From: an uncultured Solirubrobacterales bacterium | Lineage (GTDB): Bacteria > Actinomycetota > Thermoleophilia > Solirubrobacterales > Solirubrobacteraceae | Assembly: GCA_963714635.1 (NCBI GenBank) | Contig: CAVQPM010000005.1 | Span: 200,852 to 264,851 of the forward strand | Reading direction: 5' to 3' | DNA: 64,000 nt | Shown: one piece after another, positions 26,007 through 33,579 of the stretch | Layout of the letters: each line of letters starts with the position of its first letter | Numbering within the stretch: the first letter of the stretch is position 1 | Translations under genes and position numbers: made by a program | Notes under the pieces: generated by a model | The model's input: only the letters and a program-made list of their open reading frames with translations | What the model was told of the DNA's origin: nothing | The model's database searches: none

Positions 26007-26813
26007 ATGACGCGCTCCGCAAGACCGAGACTACGCGCAAGGGCCGGCCGGCGCGATTCCCTCCGCCGCCTTGGGCTCACACCCGAGGCGGGCGCTGAGG
26101 ACGTGCAGAGAGCGCACGCGGAGCTGCTGAGCTTCCTTCAGGGCGCGCCGGAGGGTGTGCGCCGCTGGGCCAAAGAGGAGATCGCCACGGCCGACGACGC
26201 GTACAGGGCGCTATCGGATCCGGCCGACATGAGGGCGGCGCGCCGCAGCTCGCCGTTGAGGCGAATCGCCACCGGGACACTCGCTCTCGCCGTAACCGCC
26301 GGTGTTGTCGTCGGCGTCTACGACATGGGAGGCAGTCAGGGAGCGGCGAAGCCCCAGGCGTCCGGGACGGCCCGACCGCAAGGCCTCACCCCCAGCGAGC
26401 AGGCACGCGTCGCCCAGTTGATGAGCGAAGTCAAGGCGTCCCCGAGGGACGTCTCGGCGATGATCGAGCTCGGCAACATCTTCTTCGAAGCCCGCAGCTA
26501 CAGCAGCGCCCGCGACTGGATGAAGCGGGCCGTCGCGGTGGAACCACGGAACTCGGCGGCGCGCCTGCCGCTCGGCGCGGCGGAGTTCAACACCGGCGAC
26601 ATCGCCGGCGCCCGGCGCGACTGGCTCCGCGTCGTCGCGGCCGACCCGAAGAGCGTCGAAGCGTACTACGACCTCGGCTTCCTGTACGTGAGCAGGGAAC
26701 CGGCCGACATGGCGGATGCGAAGAAGATGTGGGCCAAGGTCGTCGCGCTGGCTCCCAACTCCGCCCTGGCCAAGACGGTCGCCACGCACATCAAGAGCTT
26801 GGAAAAGAAATGA
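26007..26813 (+). CDS. membrane-anchored TPR protein, CcmI/NrfG-like putative apocytochrome chaperone with a degenerate J-like N-terminus
   Basis: N-terminal LGLTPEAGAEDVQRAHAELLSFL (J-domain-like, no HPD), a central TM helix, and C-terminal TPRs. Its stop overlaps the ccdA ATG (ATGA). Confidence 0.6.
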   Translation: MTRSARPRLRARAGRRDSLRRLGLTPEAGAEDVQRAHAELLSFLQGAPEGVRRWAKEEIATADDAYRALSDPADMRAARRSSPLRRIATGTLALAVTAGVVVGVYDMGGSQGAAKPQASGTARPQGLTPSEQARVAQLMSEVKASPRDVSAMIELGNIFFEARSYSSARDWMKRAVAVEPRNSAARLPLGAAEFNTGDIAGARRDWLRVVAADPKSVEAYYDLGFLYVSREPADMADAKKMWAKVVALAPNSALAKTVATHIKSLEKK

Positions 26814-27568
26814 ACGAGGTCGGCATCCCAGTCGCCTTCTTGGCGGGGATCATCTCCTTCGCGTCGCCGTGCTGTTTGCCGCTCGTTCCCGGCTACGTCA
26901 GCTACATGGTCACCACCCGCGACGGCAGCCAGGCGGCGTCGCGTCGTGTCGCCTTCTTGCACGCACTCGCCTTCGTGGCCGGCTTCTCGGTCGTCTTCAT
27001 CGCGATCTGGGCGTCGGTCGGGCTGATCGGCTACGTCTTCCGCGACTACGCCGGGCTGTTGCGGCAGCTGGGCGGGGCGGTCCTCGTCTTCATGGGCCTG
27101 CACGTCGCCGGCCTCATCAGCATCCCGGCGCTCTACCGCGAGAAGCGCCTGCCGATGGGCGGCTTCGCCGGCGACGCCCGCGCCGGCGCCTCGGATCGCT
27201 CGGGAGGGGGAGATGGCGCCCTCAGCGCCCCCGGGTATGGGCGCTCGGCCCTGCTCGGCGTCATCTTCTCGGCTGGCTGGACGCCCTGCATCGGCCCGAT
27301 CCTCGGCGGGATCATCGGCCTCGCCTCGGTCGGCGCGAGTGTCGCTCGGGGCACCGTCCTGCTGCTCGTCTACGCGATCGGGCTGGGCATCCCGTTCATC
27401 CTCGTCGCGCTCGGCGTCACCGCGGTCAGCGACAGGCTCGGCTGGCTGCGCAGGCACAACACCGCGGTCGGCGTCCTGACCGGGGCGATGCTCATCGGGA
27501 TCGGCTTCTTGATGATCACCAACACCTTCGGGCGGCTGTCCGGCTCGCTCCCCCTGATCGAAACGTGA
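26810..27568 (+). CDS. ccdA: cytochrome c biogenesis thiol-reductant transporter CcdA (DsbD family)
   Basis: FLAGIISFASPCCLPLVPGY and a second conserved WTPCIGPILG motif. Polytopic. Confidence 0.88.
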   Translation: MNEVGIPVAFLAGIISFASPCCLPLVPGYVSYMVTTRDGSQAASRRVAFLHALAFVAGFSVVFIAIWASVGLIGYVFRDYAGLLRQLGGAVLVFMGLHVAGLISIPALYREKRLPMGGFAGDARAGASDRSGGGDGALSAPGYGRSALLGVIFSAGWTPCIGPILGGIIGLASVGASVARGTVLLLVYAIGLGIPFILVALGVTAVSDRLGWLRRHNTAVGVLTGAMLIGIGFLMITNTFGRLSGSLPLIET

Positions 27569-27576
27569 GCGGCGAG

Positions 27577-29055
27577 ATGAGCCAGACCATCAGCGCAGCC
27601 CCACGTCCCGGGACCCCCGTCTCGGCAGGTGCCGAGGTTCGCCGTCCCGCCACGCCGCCGCACGTCTGGGTCTTCCGCCAGCTGACCTCGATGCGGGTGG
27701 CGCTGGTGCTGCTGCTCGTGCTGGGCCTGCTCACCCTGGCGGGCACGCTTCTCAGCCAAGCTCCCGATGCTGTGGCGGGCAACCAGGCGGCCTACAGCGA
27801 GTGGCTCAACATGGTCCGCCCGAAGTACGGGGGCTGGACCTCGGTCCTGAGCACGCTCGGGCTCTTCTCGGTGTTCTCCTCGATCTGGTTCAGGGGGACG
27901 CTGCTGCTGCTGTCGGCCAGCTTGATCATGTGCTCGCTGCGCCGCTCTCCCGGCCTGTGGAGGACGGCGGCCAGGCCGCGGATGGTCATGACAAAGGCCT
28001 TCTTCGAGCGTGCGCCCCACAGGGCGATGGTCCCCTCGCAGCAGGATCCCGGCGCCGCCCTCGTCGCGCTGCGCGCCGGCTTTCGCAAGAACCGCTTCCA
28101 CGTCGCAACCGCGACAGACGGCGAGGACGTCCACGTCTGCGCCGACCGCTTTCGCTGGGCGCCCCTCGGCAGGATCCTCATCCACATGAGCTTCGTCCTC
28201 ATCCTCGCCGGCGCTCTGCTCACGGCGACGGGCGGCTTCCGGGACGAATCGCTCGTCGTTCCGATCGGCGACAGGGTGAACGTGGGACATGGCACCGGCC
28301 TGGCGGTCGAAGCGAAGTCGTTCGCCGACTCCTACTATCAGAGCGGCGCTCCCCGTAACTACGAGAGCCAGCTCGTCCTCTATGAGGGCGGCGCTCGCGT
28401 GAGGACGCAGGAAGATCGCGTCAACCACCCGGTGCGCTACGACGGCGTCACCTTCTACCAGTCCTTCTTCGGGCCCGCCGTGGAGATGCGGGCGAGGATG
28501 AGTGACGGCCGCGTCGTGTTCAACCAGGGCGTGGCACAGCAGTACTCCTCGCAGAACGAAAAGGAGCGCATCGGCCGCTTCGCGCTCCCGCAGCAGGGCC
28601 TGACGGTCTTCGTGGTCTCACCGGCCTCTGGGGAAGCAGACCCGGGAATCCCTGTCGGCGAGACGCGGCTCGAAGTCTATAGGAACACGAGCGAGACGCC
28701 GGTCGGGATCCAGCTTCTCTCGCCGGGCAGGCCGGCGACGATCGGCGGCGTCGCCTTCACGTTCGTGCGCGAACTCGAGTTCACGGGCCTGATCGTCGCT
28801 CACGATCCGGGGTCGACCATCGTCTGGATCGGCTCGGCGCTCTTGATTCTCGGCCTGGTCATGGTCTTCTACTTCCACCACCTGCGTGTCAGAGCCGTGA
28901 TCCGCCCCGGGGCGGGCGGCAGCGAGATCGCCGTCGCCACGATCGAGCGCCGCGACGAGGGCTCCGCGGCTCAGTTCGAGCGTCTCGTCGAAGACATAAG
29001 GCGTGCCGTGAGTCGCGGCGCGCAACCTCACAGAGGAGCCGGAGCCAATGCTTGA
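27577..29055 (+). CDS. resB: System II cytochrome c biogenesis protein ResB/Ccs1
   Basis: FRQLTSMRVALVLLLVLGLLTLAGTLLSQ N-terminus, a large extracytoplasmic domain, and a C-terminal TM. Overlaps resC by 8 nt. Confidence 0.85.
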   Translation: MSQTISAAPRPGTPVSAGAEVRRPATPPHVWVFRQLTSMRVALVLLLVLGLLTLAGTLLSQAPDAVAGNQAAYSEWLNMVRPKYGGWTSVLSTLGLFSVFSSIWFRGTLLLLSASLIMCSLRRSPGLWRTAARPRMVMTKAFFERAPHRAMVPSQQDPGAALVALRAGFRKNRFHVATATDGEDVHVCADRFRWAPLGRILIHMSFVLILAGALLTATGGFRDESLVVPIGDRVNVGHGTGLAVEAKSFADSYYQSGAPRNYESQLVLYEGGARVRTQEDRVNHPVRYDGVTFYQSFFGPAVEMRARMSDGRVVFNQGVAQQYSSQNEKERIGRFALPQQGLTVFVVSPASGEADPGIPVGETRLEVYRNTSETPVGIQLLSPGRPATIGGVAFTFVRELEFTGLIVAHDPGSTIVWIGSALLILGLVMVFYFHHLRVRAVIRPGAGGSEIAVATIERRDEGSAAQFERLVEDIRRAVSRGAQPHRGAGANA

Positions 29056-29926
29056 GCTATCCCAGTACTGCGTCTTCGCCGCCACCGTCGCGGTGGGCGT
29101 GGCGCTGATCTCCTACGTCGCGGCCTTCGCGTCCAGCCGCATCGGCCGGGCTCGCGCGGCGCTCGTGGTCGAGGGCGTGGACGGGCAGGTGAGCACCGCA
29201 GCTCCTGCCGACGCTACGAGCGCCGGCGCCGTCTTCGGCACGATGACGGCATGGCTGGCGCTCGCCTTCCTCTCCGCGGCGCTCGCCTTCCGCTGGGGAG
29301 CGACCGGACACGGCCCGTTCGCCAACATGTACGAGTTCTCGGTCGCCTTCGCCTGGGGCGCCCTGGTCATCAACGCCTACTTCATACGGCGCTATCGCCA
29401 ATGGGCTCTCAGCGCGATCGTGCTTCCGATCGCGCTGGGGATGCTCCTGTATGCGACGACGGTTCCGAGCACGGCCGAGCCGCTCGTCCCGGCGCTTCAG
29501 AACAACCTGCTGCTGACGGTTCACGTGGCCACCGCGGTGATCGCGTACGGAGCCTTCGCGGTCGGCTTCGCGGCGGCGCTCCTCTATCTGGTCCAAAGCG
29601 CCGGCCAGCGGCGGCACCTGCCCAACCGTGGGCTGATGGACGACCTCTCCTACAGAGCGACCCGGATCGGCTTTCCGTTCCTGACCGCGACGATCGTCCT
29701 GGGCGCCGTCTGGGCCGACATCGCCTGGGGCAAATACTGGAGCTGGGACCCCAAGGAGTCCGCCTCGCTGGTCACCTGGATCGCCTGCCTGGCCTACCTG
29801 CACGCCCGCAGCGCACGCGGCTGGCGCGGCCGGCGAGCGGCGCTGCTGCTCATGCTCGTCTTCGCGGCGACCCTCTTCTGCTACTTCGGGAACCTCTTCT
29901 TCGGGGGCCTGCACAGCTATGGCTAG
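29048..29926 (+). CDS. resC: System II cytochrome c assembly protein CcsA/ResC
   Basis: Trp-rich heme-handling motif WGKYWSWDPKE. Polytopic, with conserved His residues. Confidence 0.9.
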   Translation: MLELSQYCVFAATVAVGVALISYVAAFASSRIGRARAALVVEGVDGQVSTAAPADATSAGAVFGTMTAWLALAFLSAALAFRWGATGHGPFANMYEFSVAFAWGALVINAYFIRRYRQWALSAIVLPIALGMLLYATTVPSTAEPLVPALQNNLLLTVHVATAVIAYGAFAVGFAAALLYLVQSAGQRRHLPNRGLMDDLSYRATRIGFPFLTATIVLGAVWADIAWGKYWSWDPKESASLVTWIACLAYLHARSARGWRGRRAALLLMLVFAATLFCYFGNLFFGGLHSYG

Positions 29927-30518
29927 CCGGCGGGGCCGGCTCAGCCGGCTCAGAACGCTCCTGGTGACGGGCATGACCGCCGCCGTCATCCTGGCGGTCG
30001 CCTACCTGGCGGATCGGCCGGCGTCGGGCGGCAGCTTCACGTCGGTCCTCGTCTCGGGTGTCGCCGCGGGCCCGGCGCCGGAAGTCGGAAAGCCGGCCCC
30101 CAACTTCAGCGCCACGACGATCGAAGGCGCGAAGGTCACGCTGAAGAGCCTCCGGGGCCATCCGGTCTGGCTCACCTTCGGAGCCCCCTGGTGCCAGCCG
30201 TGCAGGGCGGAGAACCCGGACGTCGAGGCTGCCTACGAGAAGCGCCGCGCGCAGGGCCTGGAGGTCCTGGCGGTCTTCGTCCAGGACAGCAGGTCGGACA
30301 TCGAGGAATACGCCAAGCGGACGGGCCTGACGTATCCAAAGGTCGACGACTCCAGCGGCCGGATCGCATCCAGCTACCGAATCGTGGGGATCCCATCCCA
30401 CTTCTTCATCGACAGCTCCGGGATCGTGCGGGAGATCAGAATCTCCTCTCTGAACCCGTCGACGATTGACGAAAACCTCGGGGAGATCGGAGTCGATGTT
30501 GCCGGACCTGAAAGGTGA
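29919..30518 (+). CDS. resA: membrane-anchored thioredoxin-like ResA/TlpA
   Basis: TM anchor plus the FGAPWCQPCRAE redox motif. Confidence 0.85.
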   Translation: MASRRGRLSRLRTLLVTGMTAAVILAVAYLADRPASGGSFTSVLVSGVAAGPAPEVGKPAPNFSATTIEGAKVTLKSLRGHPVWLTFGAPWCQPCRAENPDVEAAYEKRRAQGLEVLAVFVQDSRSDIEEYAKRTGLTYPKVDDSSGRIASSYRIVGIPSHFFIDSSGIVREIRISSLNPSTIDENLGEIGVDVAGPER

Positions 30519-32154
30519 GCCGGATGACGCATCGGGCGAGTCCGCGCGCGAGCGCAGCCGCCGGTTCGGCGCAGCCGCGGGCAGTCACCGCGCCGGCGGC
30601 GCCCGCCACGGTCGACTGGGCGCAGCCGCGGTCCCTCGCCGCATCGGCGAGCTCGTCGCTCGGCGCATCCGGCCGCCGCGCAGCGGGCGTGGCTTTGCCG
30701 TCTCGCTGCTCGCCGTGGGGGGGCTCTGCGGGGTGGCGGCGATCGGCGGCAGCGCCTTCCAGGCGTTCAGTGAGACCGAAGGCTTCTGCTCGCGATGTCA
30801 CACGATGGCCCCGGAGGCGGCCGCGCACAAGCTGTCGGTCCACCGCGACGTCGCCTGCGGCGAGTGTCATGTCGCGCCGGGCATGGTCGGCTTGGTCAAG
30901 TCGAAGCTGCGAGGGGCGACTCAGGTGCTCGATCTGGTCGCCGGCACCTACCCGAAACCGATCCCGCCGCCGGACCCCAGCCTGCTTCCGCCCCCGGAAA
31001 AGACGTGCATGAAATGTCACCCCCTGAACACCATCACCGGTGAAGACGGACAGATAAAGCTCATACTGCACCACACCTACCGCGAAGACGAAGCGAACAC
31101 GCGCGAAACGGTCGCCGTCATGGTCCGTCCGTACCGTCTCGGGGAAGGGGCGGCGAGCCGCGGCGCGCACTGGCACGTCGAAGTGAAGATGGAATACGCG
31201 AGCCCCGAAAAGGACTCCCAGAAGATCAATTGGATTCGAGTCACCTACAAGGACGGCCACACCGAAGAATGGGTCGCCCGCTCGCAGGTCGGCGTCTCGA
31301 GCGACGTACGACCGGACGTCGGCCGTCTGACGCGGACCGATTCGGTACGCCAGGTGACGTGCATCACTTGCCACAATCGCGTCGGCCACGAATTCCCGCT
31401 TCCCGGCGAAGTGATCGACAGCGCAATCGCGGCAGGCAAGATCAGCCAGTCCCTGCCCTATATAAAGCGTGAAGGGGTCGAGCTCCTCGGCAAGCGCTAC
31501 CGATCGACCGGGGAAGCGGACAAGGCGATCGAAGGCATCCGCGGATACTACGCGGCGAAGTACCCGCTGCTCTCGAGAACCCGTGGACGGGAAGTCAACC
31601 GTGCTGTCGATCAGCTCAAGCAGATCTACCCGCTCGTCGCCGACCCCGCCATGAACGAGATCTCGGCCGACTACCCGAACAACCTCGGCCACCAGTCGGG
31701 CCCCGGCTGCCTGCGCTGTCACGATGGCTCCCATTTCAAGGTCGGCCCCGAAGGTCGCCTCCTGAACGCGACGATCCCCTGGGAATGCACGACGTGCCAC
31801 ACCTTCCCGCAGACCGGCAGAACGGTCTCCAGCCTGTCTGTACTGAATCCGCCCCCCGACCACCAGTCCAAGCTGTGGGTCTTCGAACACGCGCACAACC
31901 CCGCGGCCCTCGAACCAGGTATCGCGAAGAACAGCTTCTGCGCGAACTGCCACTCCTCCGGCGCGGAGAAGGTGAACCACGAAGAAATGCTCTACCACCA
32001 CCCGCAGGTGATCGAAAAGGCCAGTCTCCAGGCGTGCGGGTACTGCCACCGGGAAGCCTTCTGTGCCAGGTGCCACAAACAACCGGTCCTCGGCTCGAGC
32101 GTGTTCGACGGCCCGGGCAACGCGGCGCTCCTGAGCGACACGGGGCGAAAATGA
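30496..32154 (+). CDS. membrane-anchored nine-heme NapC/NirT-family cytochrome c (putative quinol dehydrogenase with extended C-terminal heme domain)
   Basis: TM helix (FAVSLLAVGGLCGVAAIGG), then the NapC/NirT-type start FCSRCHTM...SVHRDVACGECH. Nine CXXCH in total: CSRCH, CGECH, CMKCH, CITCH, CLRCH, CTTCH, CANCH, CGYCH, CARCH. Confidence 0.85.
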   Translation: MLPDLKGEPDDASGESARERSRRFGAAAGSHRAGGARHGRLGAAAVPRRIGELVARRIRPPRSGRGFAVSLLAVGGLCGVAAIGGSAFQAFSETEGFCSRCHTMAPEAAAHKLSVHRDVACGECHVAPGMVGLVKSKLRGATQVLDLVAGTYPKPIPPPDPSLLPPPEKTCMKCHPLNTITGEDGQIKLILHHTYREDEANTRETVAVMVRPYRLGEGAASRGAHWHVEVKMEYASPEKDSQKINWIRVTYKDGHTEEWVARSQVGVSSDVRPDVGRLTRTDSVRQVTCITCHNRVGHEFPLPGEVIDSAIAAGKISQSLPYIKREGVELLGKRYRSTGEADKAIEGIRGYYAAKYPLLSRTRGREVNRAVDQLKQIYPLVADPAMNEISADYPNNLGHQSGPGCLRCHDGSHFKVGPEGRLLNATIPWECTTCHTFPQTGRTVSSLSVLNPPPDHQSKLWVFEHAHNPAALEPGIAKNSFCANCHSSGAEKVNHEEMLYHHPQVIEKASLQACGYCHREAFCARCHKQPVLGSSVFDGPGNAALLSDTGRK

Positions 32155-33572
32155 CGAATACGCCGCAGACGTCGGTTCATGAGGAGTGGCTGACGCTGCA
32201 CGAGGCCTGCTCGCTCATCGGCGTGTCGCCGGCCACGCTGCGCCGCTGGAGCAACAACGGGGACATCAGCACATTCACGACGCCCGGAGGCCACCGTCGT
32301 TATGCCAGGTCGGCGATTCTCGCCCTCCTGCCGGCGCCGAGGGCGGTGTCCCCTGCCACACCCCCTGCCGCACCCTCCGCAGCGTCCTCGGCCGCGGCCG
32401 ACCCGCGCGCCGGAACCGGCGCGCCCCTCTCCTCCCTGCTGGCCCTCGTCGCCCAGGCGCGCCGGGTTTCGACCGCGGCGCGCGAGGCGTTCGCGACCGA
32501 GCTGGACGCGCTCGAGCGCAGCGAGGCGGCGATCGTCGTCCACACCTGCCATCGGGTCGAGCTGTACGTCGCTCTCGAGGGGTTCGGAGAGCGGCCGCTT
32601 CCGGACCTGCCGCCGGGAGCGCAGCGTTTCGAGGGGATCGAGGCGGCACGGCACCTCGTCTCGGTCGCCTGCGGGCTGGACAGCGCGGTGCTCTGCGAGA
32701 ACCAGGTCCTCCACCAGCTCCGCGAGACCCTCACCCGGCGCCGCGCCGAGCATCCGCTGGACCCGACCCTCGATCGGCTCTTCCAGGTCGCGCTCCAGGC
32801 GGGCCGGCGCGCTCGCAGCCGGTTCGGCGGCTCGACGCGATCGCTGGCCGACGTCGCGCTCGAGTGGGTGGAAGAGCGGGCCGGAGCGCCCGAGGGGCAG
32901 CGAATCCTCGTCGTCGGGGCGGGCGTCATGGGGCGCCTCGCCGCGCTTGCCGCGGCCAGGAGGGGGGCCGAGGTGATCGTCATGAGCAGGACCGGCGAGC
33001 GAGCCGCCGCTCTCGCACGCGAGGTGGGCGGACGGGCGATCCCGTTCGAGGGCGAGGGCGCCGTGCCGCGCCTCGCCGGCGCGATCGTGGCGCTCCGCGG
33101 CAGCTGGCCGCTCGCCGGCGAGGATGCCCGCAAGCTCGCCGAGAGCGGCGCGATCGTCGTTGACATGTCCTCGCCGGCGGCCGTCCCGGATGCGCTCCAG
33201 GCCGCGCTCGGCGACCGCCTCGTCTCGGCTGACGACCTCGCCCGGGGAGAGGACGTCGAGCTGACCGACCGGCTCCGCGGCCAGCTCGAGAAGCTCGCGG
33301 CCGAATCCGTCGAGTCGTACTTCCGGTGGCTGGGCTCGCGCAACGTCGTGCCGGCGCTCCAGGCGATCGGCCAAGCCGCGGACGAGCAGCGCCGCGGCGA
33401 GCTGGACTGGCTGTTTCGCCGTCTGCCCGGCCTCGCCGAAAAGGAGCGCTCGCTGATCGAGCAGATGAGTCACCGGCTGGTGGCGGACATCCTGCACGCG
33501 CCGCGATCGGCGCTCAACGCGGATGACGGCGGTCAGCTCGCGCAGGCCGCCCGAGAGCTCTTCGGAACGTGA
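32151..33572 (+). CDS. MerR/excisionase-type HTH domain fused to a full-length glutamyl-tRNA reductase (HemA) paralog
   Basis: N-terminus WLTLHEACSLIGVSPATLRRWSNNGDISTFTTPGGHRRY, then a Pro/Ala linker. GluTR-like domains follow: VVHTCHRVELYV (compare VISTCNRTEVYL in hemA at 34885-36264), GLDSAVLCENQVLHQL, Rossmann ILVVGAGVMG, and a dimerisation tail. The ATG overlaps the NapC-like stop (ATGA). Confidence 0.8.
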   Translation: MTNTPQTSVHEEWLTLHEACSLIGVSPATLRRWSNNGDISTFTTPGGHRRYARSAILALLPAPRAVSPATPPAAPSAASSAAADPRAGTGAPLSSLLALVAQARRVSTAAREAFATELDALERSEAAIVVHTCHRVELYVALEGFGERPLPDLPPGAQRFEGIEAARHLVSVACGLDSAVLCENQVLHQLRETLTRRRAEHPLDPTLDRLFQVALQAGRRARSRFGGSTRSLADVALEWVEERAGAPEGQRILVVGAGVMGRLAALAAARRGAEVIVMSRTGERAAALAREVGGRAIPFEGEGAVPRLAGAIVALRGSWPLAGEDARKLAESGAIVVDMSSPAAVPDALQAALGDRLVSADDLARGEDVELTDRLRGQLEKLAAESVESYFRWLGSRNVVPALQAIGQAADEQRRGELDWLFRRLPGLAEKERSLIEQMSHRLVADILHAPRSALNADDGGQLAQAARELFGT

Positions 33573-33579
33573 GCTCGAC

